Shown here: piece after piece, positions 13,270 through 24,850 of the stretch | Numbering within the stretch: the stretch's first letter is position 1 | Layout of the letters: every line of letters starts with the position of its first letter | Source of the DNA: Dudresnaya verticillata | Lineage: Eukaryota | DNA length: 64,000 bases | Reading direction: 5' to 3' | Assembly: GCA_977862235.1 (NCBI GenBank) | Contig: OZ374557.1 | Span: 3,968,001-4,032,000 of the forward strand | Notes under the pieces: model-generated | Database searches by the model: none | What the model was told of the DNA's origin: nothing | The model's input: the letters and a program-made list of their open reading frames with translations, nothing else | Program-made: the position numbers and the translations under genes

Positions 13270-15171
13270 GCCACCGGCTCCCGTAACGGATTCTCAACAT
13301 CAATACGCCCCTACGGGACCAACACACATTCAGCCACCGTTACGGTATTCTCCTGGACACGTAGATGTTCCCACGCCAGGGCGCTATCAGCAAGAGCGCT
13401 ATACCGTTCCGGTTTGATCAGGTGGAGGCAGCGACCATCTCAGCGATGCGTCCAGCTCACCCCATCCGAGTCGGAGGACCGGTCGAGGTCGGCATAATCG
13501 AGATGCCCGAAACTCCCGCTCTGACCCACCCTGTCGGTCGCACATGGGCGACCACACCCAGCGACGACGCTACCAATCCGGTATGGAATCTAATGAGAGC
13601 AGCTCAGAGGATAGCCAACACCGCCGCCGAAAGAGAAGAAACAGAAAATCACGGAAACGCGGAAAAGGCATGACTCCTCTTCCTCTACGGATTCAGACTC
13701 AGAGAGTTCTTCCGTAACGGATATAGAGAACAGGCACCGGGCCAGAAAACACGGTGCCAAATCCGGAAAGCTGAAGGTAATCCGGCCGCTACATGACAAC
13801 TTTGTCAAGGCGCTGGACTACTGCACGTACCGATTGGACGAGAGGAGTAAGACGTACGGTTCTAAGTTCTCACAGAACATGAGCCGTATACGGAAGAAAC
13901 GCGACGTCCAGATGTCGTCCCATACATTCGACGGGACGGACCCTATTACCGTCTTGGGATTTCTCGCCAAGTTCCGTGACGGTTGTAACATCAACGGCAT
14001 CGCCGAAGGGATTGCCGTCTGGTGCTTCCAGTTTTTCCTTAAAGGACAGGCCGAAGCCCTTCTACAGGCTAGGCTTGCTGGAGGTACCATGGCGGTTGAC
14101 GTGGAGCAGGCCGAGATGCTCCGCACACATTCCGAGGTGGTGAACTTTTTATTGAGAACCTACGCTACGGATGAAGTGATTGCTGAAGCCTATACGGATG
14201 TCAACAACTTCAGGCAAAAATTGGCCATGACGAAAGAGCAGTTCTCGAACCAACTCTGGGCCAAGGCTCTCCGTTGCGGTACAGTATTTTCCGATCGAGC
14301 ATTGAAGTCACTGTTCGTTGAGGGACTCCTACCGGGCACTCGTCAACAGATGAGAAATTATCTGGCGACGCATTCCCAGCTGGACTACCAGACCATCACT
14401 CGCTATGCGACTGGCCTGGGTCAGTCCCGTCGGGCAGCTCGACGCCAAACCGTTCCGGCTCACGTCTTTGATGGGCGCACTAAAGCACGCCCGTCTAAGG
14501 TGTTATCGCTGGATTCCGTCTCGGATGTACAATATGATCCGCAAGCAGATCCTTCCGTTACGGATGCTCAAGTCTTAGCTGTCAAGGGAGGCCACGGTGC
14601 GGCTACGGGAACGAGCACTGGGGTTACCTTTTCTACCCCGTACTCCTCGCCCCCACAAAGCGTCCACCCTTCTCCGCCCAGGATACCACGCACGCAAGGT
14701 CCTCCTTACGGTGATCCTCGCCCGGCTCCTGGCCCCCAGCACCTGCCGAGTCATCTTTACGGGAATAATGCCCACGATGGGCGAGGACAGCAGCAACCAG
14801 CACCTCCGCTACTGGATGAGTCGGATCCTCGGGTCCGACGCCTTTACGGAAGTGGCAATTGCCGCATCTGCTTTTCCGCAGAACATGTCGTTTGTCCGTG
14901 GATAAACGACGCCGATCGGGTTAAGCTCATGGAAGAGCGTGAGCGCAACTTCCAGAGGCACTACCTTGTAGGCCGCAGGTTTGTCGTGGGAACCAGTTCG
15001 AATCCGCAAGGGACTCGGGGCAAGCCGCAAACGCCTCCTCCGCAACGGAATGCCCCGATATTATCGGTGGAAGACCATGACGGAGTGGAATACGCGGAAT
15101 TGCGCGAGCCCATGGAGGCGGATCCGACTGGTGCACCGTTGATTTCGGAAAACTCAAGGGGGGATGCGTAA
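13270..15171 (+). pseudogene. E2 gag (N-terminus missing, internal stops)
   Basis: FDGTDPITVLGFL, VVNFLLRTYATDEVI, degenerate knuckle CRICFSAEHVVC. Confidence 0.82.
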
Positions 15172-18100
15172 GGGCGCCGCCATCCCCGCCTCACGGCGTT
15201 CCACCTCTCGCAAGTGTGGACTCGCCCGGGGATCGGCGAGATACCGTTACGGAACTCCCATTGGCTTATCAGACCAGTGATCCTATCTGCTTTATGCAAC
15301 ATCAAAATTATAAGATGCGAATTACCGTGGGACGGACAGATAGCGTGATGCTTCCTTTAATCTCCGTCTTGGACTCTGGCGCTGGGCCCAATCTCATTAG
15401 TGCCAGGCGCCTTCCGCGCCAATGGCTCCCACTCATACGCCCAGCAACCAGTCCTCCATTACGGGATGCGTCAAATCGCGCTCTACGCCCTCTTGGTCAG
15501 ATCCAACTTTTCCTCCGTATCGGAGAGCTCCGTGCTCGCGTCCATTTTCTAGTGGTCGCGAACTTGGCGGCTCCTTGTATTTTGGGAACTACCTTCATCG
15601 ACCGCTACGTGAAGGCAATCCTCCCTCCGTTACGGAAAGTTGTCTTTCATCATTACCCACCGGTATCCCTTGTTGGTCAAGCCAAAATTCCGAAGAAGGG
15701 TACCGCCGCAACCCTACAGCCCTCACCTTTATCCACCGCTACGGTTTCTCAGAAAATTCGATTAGTAAGATCTACCCTTATTCCCCCTATGACTCAAACC
15801 TCCGTAATGGTTAATACCCCCACGGGTGGGTTATGTTTTCTACAAAATCATCCTAAGCCGGCTTTTAAGCACCTTACGTTAATGGCTAATGGTATTATGG
15901 ATGTTGTACCTAACAAACCGTTTCGGATCTGGGTCTCTAATTTTTCTAACAAGCCGGTACGGTTGCCCAAATCTACTGTCGTGGGCCTCGCTACTGCTGC
16001 CCCTTCTGCTATTTTTACCGTTGACGGTATACCTCCATTTAAGGAGGGGGGAGGAATTATTCAATCATTTAATTCTAATCTTACCTCCGAAAAGGCCAGC
16101 AGCATCTCCCCTCACGACAATGAAGTAAGCAAACCCGTAACGGAAACTACAAATACTACCGACTGGAAGGATCAAGTCCAGATCGGCACAGAAGAAGCAT
16201 CGCTCCGTAAACGGATTTTAACCCTACTCGAGGAATACAAGTCGATGTGGAGTGGCGATCTTGGCAACATTACAGCTGCCAAGCACCGCATCGAGTTAAC
16301 TCCCGGAGCTAAGCCAGTATATCAAGCCCCATACCGTGCCGGACATAAGCGGCGAGATCTCGAAAATACAGAGATCGATCGCATGCTTTCCGCTAAGGTA
16401 ATTGAGCCAGCCTCATCGGAGTGGGCCAGTCCCGTGGTTTTCGTTCCAAAAAAGGACGGCACCATGCGGTTCTGTGTTGACTATAGAAGGCTCAATCCGT
16501 AACGGTTAGGGACTCATACCCATTGCCCAGGATGGATGAGTGCATAGATTCCCTTGGGGAAGCTACTGTACTTACCACTCTGGATTGCAATAGCGGATAT
16601 TGGCAAGTCGAAATTTCGGAAGAGGAAAGGGACAAAACTACCTTTACTAGCCATTTTGGCTTATACCGTTTTCGGAGAATGCGATTCGGATTGAAGAATG
16701 CACCGGCAACCTTCCAACGGGCAGTGGATATAATCCTTTCTACGGTTAAATGGAAATTTTCCCTCGTCTACCTCGACGATGTAATTGTCTGAAGGAGGTC
16801 CTTACGCTTTTACGATCCGCTCGGATAACGTTGAAATTTTCAAAGTGTGACTTCTTCAACGCGTCTGTACAATACCTGGGGCATGTTATCCGCCCCGGAA
16901 AATTAGAAGTGGATAATCGGAATATCCAATCCGTTAAGGTCGCGAAGCCGCCGACTAACCAAACGGAATTGCAATCCTTCTTGGGAATGTGCAACGTGTA
17001 TCGTCGCTTTGTACCCAACTTCGCTTGGATTTCAGCACCATTGAATAAGAAAACCGGCAAGGGCTCACCCTTTGAGTTTGGTATTTTATCCGATACGGAA
17101 TACGAAGCCTTCGAGGAATTGAAGAGACGCATTATCTCGCCACCTATATTGGCTCTACCCCGTCACGGATATAAATATACGTTGGACACTGACGCATGTG
17201 ACTATCAAGTCGGCTGTGTCCTTCTGCAGGAACAACCGAATGGCGATCACCTCCCTATTGGATACTGGAGCCGAAGCCTCACCGATGCGGAGAAAAATTA
17301 TACTACAACCGAAAAGGAATGCTTAGCCGTGGTCTGGAGCATGTTGACACTCCGACCATACATTTACGGTGACAAGTTTATTCTCCGAACGGATCACGAT
17401 GCCCTGCGGTGGATCCTGAACCTCGCAGACTCATCTGGCCGCCTAGCCAGGTGGAGGCTCCGCCTATCGGAATTTGAGTTTGAGGTGCAATACCGTCAGG
17501 GAATTAAGCATCAAATCGCCGATGGGATGTCACGACTCCGAACGGATGGCGGTGACGATAGACCTTTGGATGAAGAGATACCCTGCTTTGTCGCCGGAAA
17601 TACCGTCGACGGATTATATGAGCATGGAGTTTATTTAACCGATTGGGCCACATCACAAGAAACCGCTACGGAAAATAACGTAATATGCGCCGTGGAGCCC
17701 GCCAGTGGAAGTGCATCCGCCTCCCCTGACAAGCCCGACGCAATACCGTCACGGTTTACTGTAATCCAAGAATCCGACGTTAAGGATGGGACAATAACCA
17801 GGGAGGAGTTCCTCGAAGCGCAAGCCCGAGACCCTTTCTGTCGTCTCAAAGCCGATACGGTAGGCTCCCCTGGATCTCAATTTGACTATGACCGTAACGG
17901 ATTCTTGGTACGCAAGTCCCAATTGGACGGTGCACTGCAGAAGGTGGTGCCAAGCAATCTCCGTGGACGGGTATTGTATTTATCCCACTACACCCTGATG
18001 TCGGGTCACCCAGGCGGAATTAAGATGTATTATACACTCCGACAGGATTATTATTGGCCTCATATGGCCAACGATGTATTTGAATCCGTTCGGAAATGTC

Positions 18101-19972
18101 GCTCCTGCGTGAAGACGAAGGGAACCCGCTTTCGGAATCAAAGGTTTATGAAACTTTTCCCCGCTAGCGGACCTTTGGAGTTTGTCGCTATCGACATTCT
18201 CGGGCCACTTCCGAAGACAAAACGGGGTTATGTCTACGTCTTGGTAATTACCGATCGGTTCTCTAAACTAACGCGCCGTATTCCGTTACGGACAACGACA
18301 GCCGTTGTGGTGGCTACCGCCTTTCTGGACTTTTGGGTGTATGCGTATGGCGCACCCCAATTTGTCCTAACCGATAACGGACCGCAGTTTACTGCTAAGT
18401 TCTTTGATGCGGTGTGTTCCTTACTCGGAGTCAGGCATCTACTCACCGCTGCCTACCATCCGCAGACAAATGGGCAAGCTGAGCGATTTAATAAGACAAT
18501 CGCCCAGCGTTTGCGCCATTACGTTGAGGATCATCACTCCGATTGGGATCTGTACCTGCAACCGTTGACGTATGCGTACAACATGCAGGTGCACCGTATT
18601 ACGGAAACAACGCCATTTGATTTGGTGCTGACACGCCACCCATCGGACATTGTTGTACGAGGGGCTCCTGTCGAGCATCAAGAAGCCGTTACGGAAGGGC
18701 GTATGACCCTGGTGCTACAGAAGCGGAGCACCATGCGCCGTTTACGGTATGCGCTCCAAATAGCGCGCACGAAGCAGACAGTGGCTCAGCAAAAAGCCAA
18801 GGCACTGTTTGACCGTAAGGTGCGCTTTAGGCCCATAATCCGTATCGGAGATCAAGTGTATGTCGACCGGCCGCCCCATAATTTGCGGCCTGCCGAACGC
18901 CGTGAACGGGACCGATTGGAAGGCAAACCGGATGATGTGGGCGAGGTGGCTCAGGAAATGAAGAAACTCCTTCCGAGAGCCACGGGGCCTTATGAAGTGG
19001 AATCCGCAACGGAACATGTGGTTACAATCCGCAAGGAAGGGTATTGATCCCAGTAAGTATCGATCGCATCACGAACGTTCCGATCGGAGTTGCGGTTCAG
19101 CCGGAACCCTTAGCAGTGCCGCCTGTCACGCCATCAACCGCCTACGGAGAAGTAGTGCCACATCCAGAAGGCACTACAGTAGTACCTCCTTGAGAAGGTA
19201 CTACTCCCTCCGCGACGGAACCACTGCAAGCCGATACGGAATATGTGATCGACAAGATTGTCGGTCACCGCGACGAACCTACTGGGATGACGTACAAAGT
19301 CCGCTGGTATGTGTAATACAGTGAAGGGCTTACAGAAGTGGGCCCTCTGCCCTCGTGTATGCGCTGAAATAGCGTTACCTATGGAGCGCCAACAAGGACA
19401 AGACGGTTAGTCTATGATTGGTCCAAGTGTCACCTTGTAGGTCAGTAGCTTAGTATCTGTCTATTTATATTAGAAATTATAGCTTAGGATAGGGGGCGTG
19501 TATATAGCCCAGTATGAGGGGTGCTGCCTGACAGTCGGAGTACCATATAAGGGTATCTCCCGTAGTGGCCACTGCACAGTAAAGGTAAGCACCTCCCGGC
19601 CCCAACTACGTCTCCAAGCTATCGGCACCGCAGCACACTTGTCACCCATGCCCGATTAACCGCCCGCCCAGTGAACTACCTTCAGTATCGTGCTTCCAAT
19701 CAGTTTACGTGCCCTCGTCTACCCTCTGGGTTCCTCCCGCTCTACCACCGCTACCAGGTACCCGCTCTGTGGCTTTCTCATTGAGTGCACTCTTTGAGTT
19801 CACAAGAGACCCAAAAGGTACTTCCTTACAGTATGGTTACCCTCCGGATCAGGATACCTACGAACCCGCCGAGGAATTGCCGGAGAACTTCATCTACCGC
19901 TATTGGAAACAAAAACGCAAGAGCTCCGCTAAGGGAAAGCCATTACGACACCTAGCCAAGGCACGCCGCTAA
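15147..19972 (+). pseudogene. E2 pol, disrupted by frameshifts, a deletion after YLDDVIV and a solo LTR in the chromodomain
   Basis: VLDSGAG, FCVDYRRLN, YLDDV, DTDACD, TDNGPQF, GPY, YVIDKIVGHR..YKVRW|YGYPP. Confidence 0.92.
19312..19830 (+). mobile_element. Solo LTR, type A (519 bp)
   Basis: TGTAA...TTACA termini; target-site duplication GTATG at 19307-19311 and 19831-19835; near-identical to 55474-55992; absent from the homologous site in E3. Confidence 0.95.
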
Positions 19973-21279
19973 CCGTAACGGAAGACAAGCTACTGTCGCT
20001 TGCGGTAATCGCAACTCCCCGCGATGTGGCGACCCCGTTACGGGAACTGCGTCTTGTCGACGCCTGCTACAGTTACGGGATGTGGTTGTTGCTCAAACTG
20101 CAGTTTCCCTATGGGGCATACCGCTCCGTCACGGATTTTGCCAGCGTGGGTCGCGTACCCAGCTGATGACGCGACCCATTTCCCGAAACGTTACTCTCGT
20201 TTTTCCGCAATATCGCAGCCGGCGTACTCTGCCAAGGTTCCACCGCTTACGCGGCACTCTTCCGTCGCGTAAATCGCTCTGAACATCCCGTCAGCCACCG
20301 TAACGGTGTTCTTCGTCGACCTTTCCGGGAGGGGCACGCCTTTTTCTTGCCATGGGTGGCCGTCCCAGCACGTTTGGGCCAAGAACGGCCTCTTCCGCGA
20401 CGGTACAGGAAAATTCCGTGGTCTCATTATTCTTCTCAGAGTCCCGGGGTATATATTAAGATTGATGTTAATATTAATATTTTGTATAATTTTCAATATA
20501 TAATTATATTGAAAATAATATATTAACACCGTCGCGGGTTGGGTTCATCTCAAGAGGGAGGGGTTCTTAGTGTGTCTAATAAGGGCAGGGGTGAAGGTAT
20601 TCGCCCGTAACCGCTACGGATTCCTGAAACAAGCCGCCTACTCCGGTTTGTGACGTACCTAGCCATCCAGCTTCTCGCCACCCAAGTCGGAACACCTTCC
20701 GTCAGGGGATAGCTGGTGTGAAGTACCGTCGTCTGATCGGAATACGAATTGTCTATTGTGGATATGGGAGCGTAATCGACTGCGCGTTCGAGCAGACAGT
20801 TTGGCAACCTTATTCCGATACGGTGAGAGCAACACTATGCAAAGGTGTTTGCCCCTTTAGGTGTGGTAGGACCCCCATGTCGGATTTTTGCAAATGAGGC
20901 TGTCTGCGAGGTGCCTGGATTGCAATCCCATTACGGTGAAAGTGGGACAAGACCTGGCGTCTGCTCCGCTTACACACGGGAGGAACCCGTTGCGGATGTT
21001 TTATGAGGCCGAAGACGGCGACCAGCCTGTGCACGAAACCCTTGCGGATGGAGCGCGACACTCGCGTCAAGCGCTTTTTGGTTATTCTCCGTGACGGAAG
21101 TCCTGGTATCAGAGGTGCGTGGAGTTTCCCAACGCATCGAAGAAAACCGTGACGGCAGTAGAGAAGTTGACGAGAGACCTGGAATAGCTGCTCGAACCCG
21201 TTGACGGTGCATCGGACCCTAGCCGTAACTCCGTTAACTTGGGCGCACGAGGACGTGTTGCCATTTAAGGAGGGGGGTC

Positions 21280-21955
21280 TGTGGTGAAGTGAGATTCGGT
21301 ATCCAAGACGGTGGAAATGCATATGGTGTGGTCTCTACCGTTGTGAGACGTGTGAACGTGTATCCGTGTCGGTGCTGTGCGCATTGCTGTACGCTGGTAC
21401 GCATTGCTGTACAGCAATGTAGCGCACCAACCATACCGGAGTATTTGTAGTATTTATTCTTTATTTTTAGTGAGTATCTGTACAGTTTGTAGAGTAGCGC
21501 ACCAGCCAATGAGAATGCTGCGCATGTCCGTGTCGGAGATTGGGACCAGCAGGGCCGATTCCACCATGGGTCCAGACCACTAGGGTCTGGCCCACACGGA
21601 CCGGACCGCTCGGTGCCACCCTGACTTGTATAACAGGGCGGCACCGCAGCGGCTCCTAGGGTAAACGGGCAAGCAACGCTCGAGCCTCAATCCCACTGTG
21701 GCTCTTTCTTTTACGGTTTTCCCCGCGCCGAGCCCGTTGCGGTCTACCACCACCACCGTTACGGAGTCCGTCCCGGCACTTGTCCCACCCCCTTGTCTGT
21801 TGCTTCCCAATATCCGTTTCGGTTAGCCGCTCGCTGTTCTCCCGTCTCGGTGCGAACTGCTCTACCACCCCCTGGAGGTAGTGTCGCTCTCGTCCCGTGT
21901 AGGAAAGTTAGGCCAGCTGTCCGTTACGGAGTTCGTGCGTTTTCACTACACCACA
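21280..21955 (+). repeat. 3' LTR of E2 (LTR B, 676 bp)
   Basis: TGTGGTG...CACCACA termini, preceded by a PPT; homologous to 30626-30960 and 53988-54681. Confidence 0.92.
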
Positions 21956-22918
21956 GGGAAGATTGCATGTTTTGAGGTATGGATGTGGTTGGTAGTGGGG
22001 TGAGCGGGAAGGTGGTGGCTGCAAAATTCGGTGGGCTGTGGTCCTAATATAGAGCGGTATTTTCGCGGGGCGGGGCGCGTGTGCGGGACATACAAGTCTC
22101 GTCGGGAATTTCCGGGTCGTATACGATGTATGATACAGTGGTGTACGACTTGTCGAGCGGTGAGCCGGGAAATTTGAAATGTTCTGCTGTCCGTCTCGAG
22201 CAATCGGGTCAAATTACGGCAATTTTGGGTCCACACCTTCGTGGAGAGTTGCGCATGCTGGACGAAATTTCCTGCCCGTTTAACGCCGTGGCGCTGTCAT
22301 TACTGGCGCATGATTACAGTACATTACAGTTTAATTATCTTACACTGACATCTATGCCGCTGTAAAGCGAAGCCCTGCGGTGAGTCCTGGGAGCGTGACC
22401 GTGACGAGGCTATAGCATCCACGTGTGCGTTGTGTGTGCGCTGTGTAGTTCCAACGTTGTTGGAATATGCACCGTGCTCTCGTCAGCGGCCCCGGCGACG
22501 CCGCTGGGCGCCATGAACGGCGCGAGCGGCGCCGGCCCGCGCAAATCGTGTTGGGCGTGAGTGGCGCTCGCGCGCGCCTTGGTAACCCCGCCAGACTGTG
22601 CCTCCAGCGCATATATCGCCGCATTTGGGGCCCCGACCCCGGATGTTCCGGCCTCCGGTATTTCTTCAATTGCACACGCGGGGGCGCAGCTCCGAGAGTA
22701 CCTGTGGCATTTTGGGTGTTGAAGGCTTGATCAGCTCGCGAGAGGGAGAAGATGCTTCTGTAGATCGCACCAATGGAATTTCAGTAATTTTTACAGCCGA
22801 AAATGCGCCTCAAAGTACCAGCATGTTCTGCCCCTACTGAGCAGTATAGCGATCAGAAGGGGTGTAACGGCGCAAATCCAAAAATAGGCTTCGATCACTA
22901 TACCGATCGATAACGGTA

Positions 22919-24850
22919 TTAGGGATATTGTATTGACTGTGTCTGGCACAGTTTCTGATGCAGCTTACGATCTTCTTCATCGACGAAATCCTGATCCTCT
23001 TCTTTAAGATTAGACTTTGCCCAGAGAACGTTCTCCTTTACGATCGTGAATTCGGGCCCAGGCATCACAGCCTCTCGAATGACTCGTTTAGCGGTGGTTC
23101 GAACAGCGATGTTTACGTCAAGCGCACATTCCACAATACATCCAGTGCATTCCTTCAGTAGCTTAGCATCGGAACGGACGCTTTCGCTTAGAGCCTTCAA
23201 AGCAGCTACCCGAACAATCGGTCGAATGTGGTCTCCAGTAAATGCGCAAATCTTCCGCAGAATCGCTAGCTTCTGAATTTCGCAACCCTCGTCGCTATCG
23301 ACGAGGCTGGATAACAGCACGGTTAGACTTCCTCCTGTTGTGCAACATACTTCCTGTACAGCAGCAACCTCGCTACCAAAGAAGTTCTGGAAGATCAAAA
23401 CGACATGCGAGATATGTTCGAGTCTTAGTCCTGATACCTGCTTTCCAGCCAGGAAGATCGATCCAAGCACTGCCAGCATATTGACTTCAGGCACCGTTTG
23501 AGTCTCCGACGCAGGAGCCAATCTCGCTGCTGCTTCAAGCACAGCATAGTACTGTGCTTGAGATGTTGAGCGAACTGCCAGCGCAACTAACGCATTTCTT
23601 GCACTTCGCCGCACATCCTCGTTCTCGTCAGCCACTCCGCGTGCAATCACTGCGGGAGCTGAACTGAAGGCTTCTGCAGGTACCATCCTCACAGAACGAA
23701 ACAGTACAGAACAAGAGTGGAAAGCAGCAGCTCTCGATCCGGCAAGATCATCATCGACGCCAATACTCAAGATATCGCCCAGCAGAGCGTCAAGGCGAAC
23801 TGCAATCGGTGCCAACGCTCCTATTGCCGTGCATGCGCGGCTCTGAACCGGACTGCTCCCGTCATGCAGGCTCCTTACCAATTTGCTCTGCAACTGTGGG
23901 GCAAATGGCTTCAACATCGGACCCGCCTTATTCAGCAGAAGTGCAAGTGCCGTGAGGACCGCTGCCTTCACTTGCCACGGAAAACGGGCCCACATTACGC
24001 GGATCAATGGGCCGGCGAAATTTCATAACAAAGGGACGGAATCCTTCACACGGAGAATGTTCCAATAGGTCCACGATACCGAGCGCAGCCTGCTCCCGAA
24101 CCTCAGCGCCACCATGTAACAACCCGTTGATCAAGATTGGAACAAACGGAGACGCAGATCCTGGTGCCTCCAGTCCTGGGACGCGAAGGAGCTCGCGGCC
24201 ATCGGAGACGTTGGCAGCTATAGAGGGAATTGAGCGCAATCCTCGTCTGATTGTCGCTACATAAATGCAGAGGTCTTGGTCTCGGATTGCATAAGATAGG
24301 TCCCGTAGAGCCACCCATGCAGCTCGAGCCGCAATGTTATTTTCATCTCCCAGCTGGCGCACCAAAATCGCAAGCATCTGATCAGCCTTTGAAGCTATGG
24401 TATCTTGAGCGGCTGCTTTGAAAAAAGCCGAATATGCTCTACTTGCAGGGATTCGTTTGTTCAAGCCCGCATCGCTGAAATACAAGCTCACATGTTCTAC
24501 AAACTCAACAGCACGGCTCCCGCACGTAACAACAGCCGTAATCACCTCTTCCAGGGAATCAACGGGGCAAGTACCTTGGGCTGCAAGGCTGACAACGACG
24601 GCCTCTGTAACCTCTCCTACATGCGCCCCAAACGAGCGCTCTCCGACCAGCGCTATCGCTGCAATCTCTTTTGCTGCAGAAACACCGAGTGGCGTTTTCT
24701 GCAACAAGCGTGGAAGGATTATTCCCGTCAGCTTCGGACCACATGCCCTCAGCAGATCTTTCAATGCCTCAAGCGCTTCTGCTGCATCGTCTTGCGAGTG
24801 AAGCTCATCCCCAGAAACACGTTGCATCAACGCAGGAACAACAGAGTCTG
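22919..24850 (-). pseudogene. GCN1: C-terminal fragment of GCN1 (HEAT-repeat eIF2-alpha kinase activator), 5'-truncated, one frameshift at about 24020
   Basis: GLLHGGAEVREQAALG and RPFVMK/(F)AGPLIRVMWARFPWQVKAAVLTALALLLNKAGPMLKPFAPQLQ match the conserved GCN1 C-terminal region as I recall it. Only about 640 codons are present; the 5' side abuts E3 RT. Confidence 0.85.

Larger units (their letters stand above)
13270..21955 (+). mobile_element. E2: Ty3/gypsy chromodomain element, family B, 5'-truncated, with 3' LTR
   Basis: gag, pol, PPT AAGGAGGGGGG (21267-21277) and LTR B. Confidence 0.92.

Noticed and set aside
20810..21322. 170-aa minus ORF as the E2 accessory gene
   Set aside because: Starts inside the LTR and shows none of the family motifs in the frames I read.
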